A DNA stretch of 64,000 bases from Candidatus Methanomethylophilaceae archaeon (lineage in GTDB: Archaea > Thermoplasmatota > Thermoplasmata > Methanomassiliicoccales > Methanomethylophilaceae): the NCBI GenBank assembly GCA_050950505.1, contig JBMNHS010000001.1:768001-832000 (forward strand), given 5' to 3'. Positions within the stretch are counted from its first letter, which is position 1. The number at the start of each line of letters is the position of its first letter. Below the pieces are notes generated by a model that worked only from the letters and a program-made list of their open reading frames with translations, was not told where the DNA came from and searched no databases. Below are positions 31,966 to 41,151 of the stretch, piece by piece. The translations under genes and the position numbers were made by a program.

Positions 31966-32880
31966 ATGTCCAAAAAAGGAATTGTTGCGGCAATCATTGT
32001 CGTGGTGTTGATCGGCGCAGGAGCAGGAGTATATTTTTTCATGCCTGCCAAGATTGAAATCAAAGACTCTTTTGCAGTCGGAGACAAACACACGATTGTT
32101 CGGGAAACGAAAGGAAGTTTCGAGATAACAGAAATAAATGAGGAAGGAGGCAATAAATTATTCGAATTAGAACATTCATACGGAACTTGGAGTGAGTCGG
32201 ATTCATACACATATAACGAGTTGGTAATCGAAATCAAAAGCGTTCTAATTTTTAACGAGGATATCACGGATGCAACGTCTGAAGAGTTACGCATAGATAC
32301 CGATTTTGGAAAAAGAGATTGCATCATGTATGCGTTAAGCAAAGAATTTGGGGATTTCGAATACTACGTGGGAAAGGATAATGAACTTGTTTACAAAATG
32401 ACGTTCAAATCCGAGACTTATGAAGAGACATTCGAACTTAAGAAATCCAATATGTTCATCGAATCTCAGAACGAAGTCACAATCAAGACTGCCAATTCTT
32501 TGAAAGTCGGCGATAAGATTCCATTCACAGAATCACGTTCAGATTGGGACGAAATAGAAGAGGTTATACCTGCTGATGGAGATACTCCGGAGTTGTACAG
32601 ATTCAAAGGAGATTCTTTTTATTTAACCCGCGAAGAAGTCCTAAGTACACTACTTATCTCAATACCCGAAGAAGTCTTAGAGGGTGCTGAGCTCAAAGGA
32701 ACCAAAAACGTAGAAACGTTCCTGGGGAGAGTGACATGTGATGTATACACTTATACGGAGGCACTCGTGAAGACGGAAGTTTATGTCTGTAATGATATTT
32801 TTGTGATGATTGAGCATGAATACGGCAGTATGTACTGGTCGAATTCCGATATCATTGTAAAAAGTTGGATTCCGTTCTGA
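31966..32880 (+). CDS. Membrane-anchored hypothetical protein with internal duplication (paralog of 38870-39781)
   Basis: MSKKG plus hydrophobic anchor. Repeated VGDK and T.(F/L)G...C..Y motifs. Confidence 0.75.
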   Translation: MSKKGIVAAIIVVVLIGAGAGVYFFMPAKIEIKDSFAVGDKHTIVRETKGSFEITEINEEGGNKLFELEHSYGTWSESDSYTYNELVIEIKSVLIFNEDITDATSEELRIDTDFGKRDCIMYALSKEFGDFEYYVGKDNELVYKMTFKSETYEETFELKKSNMFIESQNEVTIKTANSLKVGDKIPFTESRSDWDEIEEVIPADGDTPELYRFKGDSFYLTREEVLSTLLISIPEEVLEGAELKGTKNVETFLGRVTCDVYTYTEALVKTEVYVCNDIFVMIEHEYGSMYWSNSDIIVKSWIPF

Positions 32881-32904
32881 ACACAATCAAATAAACTTCG
32901 TTCT

Positions 32905-32940
32905 TTCAATCAAAAGGGGGTTTACCCCCTTACATTTTTC
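32905..32940 (+). terminator. Hairpin AAGGGGG-TTTA-CCCCCTT
   Basis: Downstream of the gene. Resembles the element after its paralog. Confidence 0.55.
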
Positions 32941-33138
32941 ATTATATCAGAAAAAAATTCGATTTGTATTCGGTAATACAGACAATGACATAAAAGACGG
33001 TATCGCGTGTGCGGGTCGAATTGCATAAACTCAGAGTATATGTTCTTCAAATGGCAATTTGCGGTGAAGCATAACACCTTTAATTCTAAATGTTCGAATT
33101 GAGTTAATTTTAATACTATTGAATCATCTGGTTTTAGC

Positions 33139-34068
33139 GTGCGGACAAATTCAATAACGCTTGTGGCACTCGTTGCAATAATTTCGTTGGCGGGCTCTGT
33201 CGTTGTGATAGGGGCCACACAGGACAACGACGATCGTCCGTGCATATATACGACAATGAGTTGGCAACAGGAAATGGTGGAAGAAATCGTCGGTGATTCT
33301 TACATTGTGAAATCTTTCCTGTTGCCGAATTCGGACCCTCACAGCACCGCGTTGACACCTGGCTCTATTGCTTCAAGCAATACCGTGGTTTATTTTGCCA
33401 TAGGCTCCGGTGTCGAATGGGAACTGGAGAACTTATCGGTGATAAAAGAGGAATTGGATATACCCACTTACGAATGTTGTGAAGATTTGATTGGATGGGG
33501 GATAGATTTGCTGCCGGGGGAATGTCATCATCACGGTCATGATCACAGCGATCATGAACACGGTTCTTACGACCCTCACGTCTGGACTTCTCCCGAACGT
33601 CTGAAACTCATTGCCGAATACGTAAGGGATGTGATGATGGAGCTCGACCCCGATAACGCGGAAATTTTTGCAGAAGGCTGCGAGGGATACACCAAGAAAA
33701 CGGATATTCTGGCAAATCTCGCTTCCTCGGTTTTCGAGAACAAAGCCGCAGGCGAAATCGTTGTGTGGCATTCTTCATGGGCGTATTTGCTTCCCGATGA
33801 CATATCGGAAGTGCCGATACTGAAAACCGCCCAGTCGCTTACCACCCCGAGTCAGATGATGAATCTAAAAAAAGGCACCGCGGATGAACCTCTGGTGGTG
33901 TTCCTGTCCAATGAAAGGGAAATCAAAGGCATGACGGAAAAAGAGCTTAACGATTCCGGAGTGTATGTGAGGATAGTCGTAATCAACGTTCTTGCCCAGA
34001 ATTGGTTGGACGAACTTGAGAAAGCAATCAATGTTTTCGGCGATGAATTGTCGGAGACGATACAATGA
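33139..34068 (+). CDS. znuA: Metal (Zn/Mn-type) ABC transporter substrate-binding protein
   Basis: DPHS, His-rich loop HHHGHDHSDHEH, DPHVWTSP, HSSWAY. Confidence 0.85.
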   Translation: MRTNSITLVALVAIISLAGSVVVIGATQDNDDRPCIYTTMSWQQEMVEEIVGDSYIVKSFLLPNSDPHSTALTPGSIASSNTVVYFAIGSGVEWELENLSVIKEELDIPTYECCEDLIGWGIDLLPGECHHHGHDHSDHEHGSYDPHVWTSPERLKLIAEYVRDVMMELDPDNAEIFAEGCEGYTKKTDILANLASSVFENKAAGEIVVWHSSWAYLLPDDISEVPILKTAQSLTTPSQMMNLKKGTADEPLVVFLSNEREIKGMTEKELNDSGVYVRIVVINVLAQNWLDELEKAINVFGDELSETIQ

Positions 34069-34817
34069 TACCGATAGAAATCAGAAATCTCGATGCGGGT
34101 TACGATGGAAACAGAATCATCGAGAATATAAATTTGGAATTGAAAGAGAACGATTTCCTTGCATTGATAGGTCCGAACGGAGGAGGCAAATCCACTCTGT
34201 TCAAAGCCATTCTGGGACTGATAAAACCCATGGCGGGAACCGTTAAGATATTCGGGGAAGAGCCCGCGGGATTCGTGAGCAACATAGGATATGTCCCTCA
34301 GTACGAGGAACTTGATTCCCAGTACCCCATATGCGCGAGGGAAGTCGTGCAGATGGGCCTCAGGGCAAACAAAGGGTTGCGCCCGTATTACACGGAAGAA
34401 GAAAAAGAAGCCGCGGAAAGAGCCATGGAATATACCGAAGTGATTGATTTCGCCCACAAAAGGATAAGCCAGCTGTCAGGAGGACAAAGACGCCGCGTAT
34501 ATCTGGCAAGAGCTCTGGCCCCGGAACCTGAAATATTGATGTTGGACGAACCCACCGCAAGTTTGGATCCGTCCATGCAGGATTGCACTTATGATATTCT
34601 CAGAAGGCTGAACGCCAAAGGCGTGGCAATCATGCTCATCACTCATGACATAAGCAGCGTCATACGTGACGTGAAACGCGTGGCATGCCTCAACAGAAGG
34701 ATAATCGTCAACGATGCACCTGAGATAACCCCGGAAATGGTTCAACTGGGATATCACTGTCCGCCGGATATCATACATTTGGGCAACTGCACCGGAGGAT
34801 GTGAACACCATGGTTGA
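34065..34817 (+). CDS. znuC: Metal ABC transporter ATP-binding protein
   Basis: GPNGGGKST, IGYVPQ, LSGGQ, LDEPT. Confidence 0.88.
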   Translation: MIPIEIRNLDAGYDGNRIIENINLELKENDFLALIGPNGGGKSTLFKAILGLIKPMAGTVKIFGEEPAGFVSNIGYVPQYEELDSQYPICAREVVQMGLRANKGLRPYYTEEEKEAAERAMEYTEVIDFAHKRISQLSGGQRRRVYLARALAPEPEILMLDEPTASLDPSMQDCTYDILRRLNAKGVAIMLITHDISSVIRDVKRVACLNRRIIVNDAPEITPEMVQLGYHCPPDIIHLGNCTGGCEHHG

Positions 34818-35679
34818 TTGGCATACCGTGTTTTCCATGCCGCTGATACAGAATATGTTCTTTGTCGCGGCCATGAGCTGTCTGCTCTGCGGAGTGGTCG
34901 GCACGTTTATTGTCGTCAAACGGATGGTTTTTGCCACCGGAGGCATAGCCCACACATCCTTCGGAGGTGTGGGTCTGGCATATTATCTCATGTCGGTGTA
35001 TGCGGTATCGTGGTTTACGCCCATGGTCGGTGCTTTGCTGTTCGCCATCGTGTCCGCGGTGATAATGTCCATACCCGCCGTATCCAAAAGAATCCGTGAA
35101 GATTCCGTCATCGGAGTGCTGTGGTCCGTAGGAATGGCTCTGGGTGTGATATTCATGAGTCTCATGGACCGTTCGGTAATAACTCCCAGATCTTTCGAGA
35201 GCATCCTTTTCGGAGATATTCTGCTTGTGGGTTCCGAGGGTATGATAACCGTCACTGTGTTGGCTTTGGTGTCCCTTGTGGTTATTGCTCTGCTGTTCAG
35301 GGATTTGCAGATACTGACTTTTGACGAAGTCCATGCAAAACTGGTCGGAATAAACGTTCCCGTGATGAATCTGATTCTTTACGTTCTGATTGCGTTAACC
35401 TGTGTCGTCGCAATGAATGTCGTAGGCATAGTCATGGTAATCGCGTTGGTGGCAATACCCGCGGCAATGGCAAATATGTTCACCGACGGATTGAAAAATA
35501 TGATGATAACGTCCGTAATCTTGTCGCTTGTAATGACATTTTTCGGATTGATATTATCCATAGCGTTGGATCTTCCCCCCGGTGCCACGGTATCGGTGAC
35601 CATGGGAATTTTGTTCCTGGTCGCAATCGGTTTAAGGTCCCTAATCAAAGTAGACGCCGGGAAAAAAGCAATCAGATAA
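34810..35679 (+). CDS. znuB: Metal ABC transporter permease (ABC-3)
   Basis: GGIAHTSFGGV, LFGDILL, FDE..A...G, PAA.A. Confidence 0.88.
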   Translation: MVDWHTVFSMPLIQNMFFVAAMSCLLCGVVGTFIVVKRMVFATGGIAHTSFGGVGLAYYLMSVYAVSWFTPMVGALLFAIVSAVIMSIPAVSKRIREDSVIGVLWSVGMALGVIFMSLMDRSVITPRSFESILFGDILLVGSEGMITVTVLALVSLVVIALLFRDLQILTFDEVHAKLVGINVPVMNLILYVLIALTCVVAMNVVGIVMVIALVAIPAAMANMFTDGLKNMMITSVILSLVMTFFGLILSIALDLPPGATVSVTMGILFLVAIGLRSLIKVDAGKKAIR

Positions 35680-36349
35680 TGTCCAGAAGGTCGGCTACGC
35701 TGTCCATCACGTCGGTGACTCCGGCGTCTTCCCAATCCTTGGCATCGCATCCGCCGGATAAGACCCCGATGAAGTCGGCACCTGCATCCCTCGCGGCATA
35801 CCAATCGCCCAGATTATCGCCCAGATACAGAATTTCTTCAGGTTTCACTCCGAGCTCTCTCGCAAAATGTCTCATTGACACAGGGGAAGGCTTCGCATCT
35901 TCGAAGTCATAATCGTCTCTGCAGACAACGGCGTGGAATCTATCGTACAAATCCCACAATCCCAGCACAGCTTCCGCATATTCCCTTCCGCCTCTGGTCA
36001 GAATGCCCACTCTGTAATTTTTCTGTTTAAGGGCAACCAATGTTTCGACGGCCAAAGGGAAAGGAGACGAATCTGTGTAATACATTTTTTCAATCTCCGT
36101 GCTGCGGTCGTTGATTTTTCTTATGATTTGTTCTTCATCTTCCCGTCTTCCCGCGTCGCGGATCAAATCATGAATGGGCACGGACACGGGAACAATCTCT
36201 TTGCTCTGAGGGGATTCTTTGAAAGGTATTCCTTCTTCCCCCAACACATCCTTGATGACATTCTTCAAACTGTGATAGTCAACCCGTGTGTTCATGAACG
36301 TCCCGTCCATGTCAAAACCGACGGCTTTGATGTGCGGTCTTATCATCAT
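35672..36349 (-). CDS. HAD-superfamily hydrolase
   Basis: FDMDGT, KPSP, YLGD. Start trimmed to ATG 36349 because the longer ORF runs into the RNase P RNA. Confidence 0.88.
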   Translation of the reverse strand: MMIRPHIKAVGFDMDGTFMNTRVDYHSLKNVIKDVLGEEGIPFKESPQSKEIVPVSVPIHDLIRDAGRREDEEQIIRKINDRSTEIEKMYYTDSSPFPLAVETLVALKQKNYRVGILTRGGREYAEAVLGLWDLYDRFHAVVCRDDYDFEDAKPSPVSMRHFARELGVKPEEILYLGDNLGDWYAARDAGADFIGVLSGGCDAKDWEDAGVTDVMDSVADLLDII

Positions 36350-36394
36350 ATCCTCCGATATGCCACGATATTTATAACGATAGTGAAAAGAAGT

Positions 36395-36691
36395 GTCATG
36401 TGGAAGTAGTAGTCCCCCTTCTGTTTCAGGCAGCATTCGACTATGCACTCTACCCGCCGGTCCCGAGCAGTCATCCCGGCTGTATGAGCTTGCTCCGATG
36501 AGGTGTCGCCGTTTCACCAAATCTCCGGGAACGTCACTGTCAAACAGATCATTCTTAGCCGGAGCTGTGTCGTTTCTGCGCCCTTGCCGAGGCTCTCGCC
36601 CCGCAACATTTCGTTGCTCACCTTGCCCGTGGAGGAGGGAACTTCCTCAGCTGGATCAAGTCCTACCGTCAGCTGCCCTCTTCCTCATGAC
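36395..36691 (-). ncRNA. rnpB: Archaeal RNase P RNA
   Basis: Minus strand has GAGGAAGTTCCCTCC, CAGAAAC, GTGAAACGG, GGAGCAAG and AAACAGAAGGGGGACTAC. The ends GTCATGAGGAAG and CTTCCACATGAC can pair as P1. Confidence 0.92.
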
Positions 36692-36888
36692 GAAAAACAA
36701 TCATACGGTGTAGAATTTAGTTCTTTCCACAAGGTACGGAGTTTAAACAAACAAAATAAGGTAAAAACAGTTCTGCATCCGTATCCGTGAACGAATTTAT
36801 TGAAATATTCGTAAAAGACGGGAATCTCAGAATTTTATCAAATATGATAAATTAAAGTAAAGGGTTTGATTCGAAAAAGAATCCGAAC

Positions 36889-37989
36889 TCAGTCTTCTTC
36901 CGGTACGGGATCTTTTTTCGATGTATTCATCATCTTCGTGGATTCTTTCAGTTCCTTGTCCATCAAAGCATCGATGCGTTCGGCTTCTGCCTGAATCTCC
37001 TCGGGCTTGGGTATGTTGCCCAACATGTCCTCGGGGTTTTCGAAGATTTTGTTGATGTCCTCCATGTTGGCGATTTCGCGGTCCGGCGAATCGGATGCGG
37101 TGCCCACATAATCGGATATGCCGTTGATGAGCTTGGTGACTTCCATGGGGAAGAATATCTTGGACGATTCTCCCTGGCCGACCTTGACCATGGTGTCCAT
37201 GGACAGAACCGACAAGGCTTTGGAATCCATGGTGGCCGCACCGACGGACAGAATGCGGAGTCTCTGCGATTCTCCCTGCCCTTCCAATATGGTGGCGACT
37301 CTCTTACCTTCGGCTTCCAGAACCATAGCCTGCCTGCGGCCTTCGGCTTCAAGGATACGGGCTTTCTTTTCACCTTCGGCTTTGAGGATTGCGGATCTCT
37401 TAAGACCGTCGGCTTCAAGAATCGCGGCACGCCTGAGCCTTTCCGCGGAAGTCTGTTCTTCCATGGAGTTTTTGACTTTGGCGGCGGGATCCACTTCCCT
37501 GATTTCCACAGCTTCGACCCTGACACCCCATTTGTCGGTGCTTTCGTCGAGAGTGTCTCTCAGGTGAACGTTGATTCTTTCCCTGTTGGAAAGAACATCA
37601 TCCAGTTCCATTTCTCCGATGATGGCTCTGAGCGTGGTCTGAGCGAGATTCACCGTAGCTATTTTGTATTGGGTTACTTCGAAGAACGCTTTCTTCGGAT
37701 CGGTAACCCGGATATAGATAACCGCGTCGACATTGACGGGTGAGTTGTCTTTGGTTATGACTTCCTGTCTGGGAACATCCAAAACTTCAGTTCTCAGATC
37801 GAGTTTCACGACCTCGTTGATCAACGGGAAAACTATGTTCAGACCCTGATTGAGTATTCTCACGAATTTACCGAGTCTCATGTAGATGCCCTGTTCGTAA
37901 GGCTGAACGATTTTTACACCGCTGATCAAAATGAGGATTATGGCCGCAATCACAAGGAAGGCCACAACCGCCAGTGCTGTTCCTAACAT
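36889..37989 (-). CDS. SPFH/band 7 (stomatin-like) protein
   Basis: QEVITKDN, LAQTTLR, KWGVRV, AER.RRA.IL.A.G repeats. Confidence 0.92.
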   Translation of the reverse strand: MLGTALAVVAFLVIAAIILILISGVKIVQPYEQGIYMRLGKFVRILNQGLNIVFPLINEVVKLDLRTEVLDVPRQEVITKDNSPVNVDAVIYIRVTDPKKAFFEVTQYKIATVNLAQTTLRAIIGEMELDDVLSNRERINVHLRDTLDESTDKWGVRVEAVEIREVDPAAKVKNSMEEQTSAERLRRAAILEADGLKRSAILKAEGEKKARILEAEGRRQAMVLEAEGKRVATILEGQGESQRLRILSVGAATMDSKALSVLSMDTMVKVGQGESSKIFFPMEVTKLINGISDYVGTASDSPDREIANMEDINKIFENPEDMLGNIPKPEEIQAEAERIDALMDKELKESTKMMNTSKKDPVPEED

Positions 37990-38031
37990 TTTATTTCTCC
38001 TTTATAGTTATATTATGTTCTGTCTCTGCAG

Positions 38032-38487
38032 TCAGAGCTTTTCATGTTCTTCGATGAAGACATGCACCCCTTCGCTGCGCGTTACTTTCACTCTGGTACC
38101 TTCGGGTATGGGTCTTTCGGAATTTGCGCTCCATACGTCAGAACCGATTCTGACCTTTCCCTTAAGGGTTCCGGGGATTGTGCTTACGGTAACCGTTCCG
38201 GTCTGTCCGACCAGAGTGTCCGTAATCGTGGTGGATGGCGGCTCGGGCCTGCCCAGGTACCTGTAAGCGTACAGTGTGGCCACCGTGACGGGTATGGCGA
38301 CGACTATTGCCGTCAGAACAGCCCACCATGAGAACAGAAATTTGGGATCTGCCATGCCCAATGCCCCCAATATTATCGATACGACGGCAGGTATAATCAG
38401 GAAAATACCCGGAGAGAACACTTCGGCAATCAGCAAAACGAGTCCGAGTATGACAAGCAACAATCCTACGGCCACTGCAACTTCCAT
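38032..38487 (-). CDS. NfeD-family partner protein
   Basis: N-terminal TM segments plus OB-fold LVGQTG.V...GKVRIGSDVWSA. Adjacent to the SPFH gene. Confidence 0.88.
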   Translation of the reverse strand: MEVAVAVGLLLVILGLVLLIAEVFSPGIFLIIPAVVSIILGALGMADPKFLFSWWAVLTAIVVAIPVTVATLYAYRYLGRPEPPSTTITDTLVGQTGTVTVSTIPGTLKGKVRIGSDVWSANSERPIPEGTRVKVTRSEGVHVFIEEHEKL

Positions 38488-38605
38488 AGTGTGACTTATA
38501 CTCCTTATGTTATTTAACTGTCAACTTTTCACCATCGGGCCGCAGTGATATTTCCGAATCTGACGGTAAACCTTATTAACTGCATCTTATTACTCGAATT
38601 CGGAA

Positions 38606-38692
38606 GCAAGGGTAGTCAAGCATGGCCAACGACGCTAGGTTGAGGGCCTAGTCCTTAGTGGTCCGTGGGTTCAAATCCCATCCCTTGCACCA
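38606..38692 (+). tRNA. tRNA-Leu (GAG), CCA encoded
   Basis: Acceptor GCAAGGG/CCCTTGC, anticodon arm CTAGG-TTGAGGG-CCTAG, long variable arm, TTCAAAT. Confidence 0.95.
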
Positions 38693-38815
38693 CACTTTAC
38701 TTTTATTACAGCACTCCGGCGCGTGTTTTGAGGATTTCCGGTTTTAATTTTTTGTGGTTCGATACGGATTCCAAATTATTCGGCGATTAAGTGCAGAAAG
38801 ATAAAATAACTTCTT

Positions 38816-38845
38816 AATCAAAAGGGGGGCGAACCCCCTTTGATT
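38816..38845. terminator. Hairpin AATCAAAAGGGGGG-CGAA-CCCCCTTTGATT
   Basis: Between the convergent tRNA-Leu and the 38870-39781 gene. Confidence 0.6.
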
Positions 38846-38869
38846 GGAAGAAAAGATTTTATGTCAGAC

Positions 38870-39781
38870 TCAGGCAAGGTTTTTTACCTCAATGAAATCG
38901 GAATATGTCCAATAATTAAGATGTAAATCACTTCCTGATTTTACGTATATGCCGTTTGATACATATACGAAGCTACCGGGGCCCAGATCTTCGTCATTTG
39001 CATAGTTGTCGCATTCTATCTTTCCCAAGGGAGTATCTACACTGACGGTTCCCTTCAGTTCATATTCGTTTCTAAGGTAATTCGGCGCAGAAATTCCAAA
39101 GTTATTCAGAAGTTTTTCACGGGTGATATACTCCGAATCGTCACTTGTACGGTACAGTTCCGGATTGTTTCCTTCCGCAGGTTTGATTTCTGTGATTTTA
39201 AAATCCATTTTTGTTTCTAAGTGTGCAATAAATTTATCGCCCGCTTTTATTTCTTGAGGGTCTTTAAGCTCGAATATGTCGTTCGATTCGTTGTACATGT
39301 CGGCGGCTTCAATAACATGTACTTCTTTCGCCGCTTCGTGTTCTCTTTCGATTCTGTAAGCGGCACCGTTGTTTTCGCCGATATAATATTTCACAGCAAT
39401 CCAATCATAGTTTCTGAAGTATACCGTACAATCCCTTTCACCGAAGGCGGTCACAATCCGTTCATTTCCAGTTTTATATGCATCATCGACAACATCCTCA
39501 CTTTCAATAAGCCATTTTTTGAAACACCCCATATATTCGTATGAAATAACATCCGGTTCACCTCTGTCCAGAACATTGAACTCGTTACTTTCGTTCATAC
39601 CTATCACTTCAACGGTAGATCGGTAATTATCAATCGTTGTGTGCCGGTCTCCGACTTTAAAAGACTCCTTGACAAAAAGTGCCGAATCCCCCTCAGAGGT
39701 GCCATACAGGAAATACACCCCCGCTCCCGCCGCAATCAGCACAGCGACAACCAACAGCGAAACCGCTCCTTTTTTAGACAT
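38870..39781 (-). CDS. Membrane-anchored hypothetical protein (paralog of 31966-32880)
   Basis: MSKKG anchor, AGAGVYF, SF.VGD.HT, TAFGERDC..Y, PELYR, ELKGT. Confidence 0.75.
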   Translation of the reverse strand: MSKKGAVSLLVVAVLIAAGAGVYFLYGTSEGDSALFVKESFKVGDRHTTIDNYRSTVEVIGMNESNEFNVLDRGEPDVISYEYMGCFKKWLIESEDVVDDAYKTGNERIVTAFGERDCTVYFRNYDWIAVKYYIGENNGAAYRIEREHEAAKEVHVIEAADMYNESNDIFELKDPQEIKAGDKFIAHLETKMDFKITEIKPAEGNNPELYRTSDDSEYITREKLLNNFGISAPNYLRNEYELKGTVSVDTPLGKIECDNYANDEDLGPGSFVYVSNGIYVKSGSDLHLNYWTYSDFIEVKNLA

Positions 39782-40286
39782 GATATTAAACTTGTCGGGC
39801 GGTGTATATATAGCTCAACCGTTCATATATATAATAATCTTAAATATAAATGATTTTTTGTAAATATCATCGAAATACTCCTCTTCGAGAATATGATATT
39901 TTTTGTTTCCCTTGTTTCGTTATTTATAAGATTACCTATATATTTTTGAAAAACAATACCGCTTGAAACAAATCATCCGTTCGGCGGTCCGTATCGGAAT
40001 ATCAGGACTCAAACGGTCGTGTGACTACAATTTTTTCGGTAACCGGAATCGAAAAATCCAAGAGGGAAAGAAATACAACCCAAAGGAAACAGTGAACATT
40101 TACGATTCGTTATGGACACTAATCATCCATTAGATAAATGAAAAACAAATCTACATATATTCCAATGGAAACGAAGGGGTGTTTAAGAACGGATTCCACA
40201 TAAAATTCCGGTGGAAATCAGGTACTGATTTTATTGTTTAAAAATTGTATCTGACGATTGAAACCGAGTCAAAAATCTGAAAAAAC

Positions 40287-40709
40287 TTATGATATCGCAA
40301 TCACGCCGTCTTTGAAGTTATCCCTCAGCTCATAAATTTTCTTGCGGATCTCTTCAATCATCGCGCGATACGCATCGTCTCCTTTCCCTTTGGGATTTTT
40401 AAGTTCCCAGGTTTCGGAATAAGAACAGGACATATGGGAGAATTCGTCTTCGGAGCCGAGGTTGATCACAATATCGACTTCCGGCAATTCGGACACGTGG
40501 GTGGGATGTCCTTCGGTTATGTCGTAACTGCAGTATTCAAGGAGCATCCAAGCAGTTTTATCGTCCACGGTGTAAGACGGTTCGTATCCCGCGGAATAGA
40601 TTTCGAACGTATCTGATGCAATTTCCTTGGCCAATGCTTCGGCCACCTGACTTCTGCATGAATTGTGCCTGCACAGGAAGGCAACTTTCGGTTTATTCTT
40701 CATGTCCAT
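40287..40709 (-). CDS. arsC: Arsenate reductase (LMW phosphatase family)
   Basis: FLCRHNSCRSQ.AE, YSAG, W.L.NP.GK. Confidence 0.8.
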   Translation of the reverse strand: MDMKNKPKVAFLCRHNSCRSQVAEALAKEIASDTFEIYSAGYEPSYTVDDKTAWMLLEYCSYDITEGHPTHVSELPEVDIVINLGSEDEFSHMSCSYSETWELKNPKGKGDDAYRAMIEEIRKKIYELRDNFKDGVIAIS

Positions 40710-40710
40710 C

Positions 40711-41070
40711 TCAAAGCTCGCAGACAATGCAGTCGCGGGATTCGCATACAGGGTTATTAACCTTCCAGTCCAACGCCCATCTTTTTACTTCCTTGGCAAC
40801 GGAAACAAGGTCCACCCCCATTTCCGTCAGATGGTACTCGCTCCGCATGGGCATGGAGGAAGAATCTATTCTGTTTTCTACGACGCCTTCTTCCAGCATC
40901 TCTTTCAGTCTGTCGGAAAGCACCTTAGGGGTTATGCCTTTCACGGATTTTTTTATTTCCGAGAATCTTTTCCACTGACATCCGCCCCTGTACAGTTCGA
41001 GTATGATGACGAGTGTCCATTTTTTGGAAAGGAAGCCCATGGTTTTGTAGACGGTGCAGTTGTTGTCCAT
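40711..41070 (-). CDS. HxlR/DUF24 family wHTH regulator
   Basis: C.V......KKW, RFSE, GITPKVLSDRLKE, EYHLTEMG. Confidence 0.88.
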   Translation of the reverse strand: MDNNCTVYKTMGFLSKKWTLVIILELYRGGCQWKRFSEIKKSVKGITPKVLSDRLKEMLEEGVVENRIDSSSMPMRSEYHLTEMGVDLVSVAKEVKRWALDWKVNNPVCESRDCIVCEL

Positions 41071-41101
41071 ACTTTCCGATAAGATACCTGCCATATATAA
41101 A

Positions 41102-41122
41102 CAAGTATCTTTATAATACTTG
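41102..41122. promoter_or_regulatory. Inverted repeat CAAGTAT-N7-ATACTTG, putative operator
   Basis: Perfect 7-bp arms around TTTATA, between the divergent hxlR-like gene and hcp. Confidence 0.55.
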
Positions 41123-41151
41123 ATATCAAATTGATGCAGGAGTAAAAAACA

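Noticed and set aside
36350-36790. HAD N-terminal extension and small plus-strand ORFs
   Set aside because: These are explained by the RNase P RNA gene.
40050-40245. Short frame with an internal TAG ending WKSGTDFIV, faintly like the C-termini of the paralogous surface proteins
   Set aside because: No start codon, and the similarity is too weak to support without an alignment.
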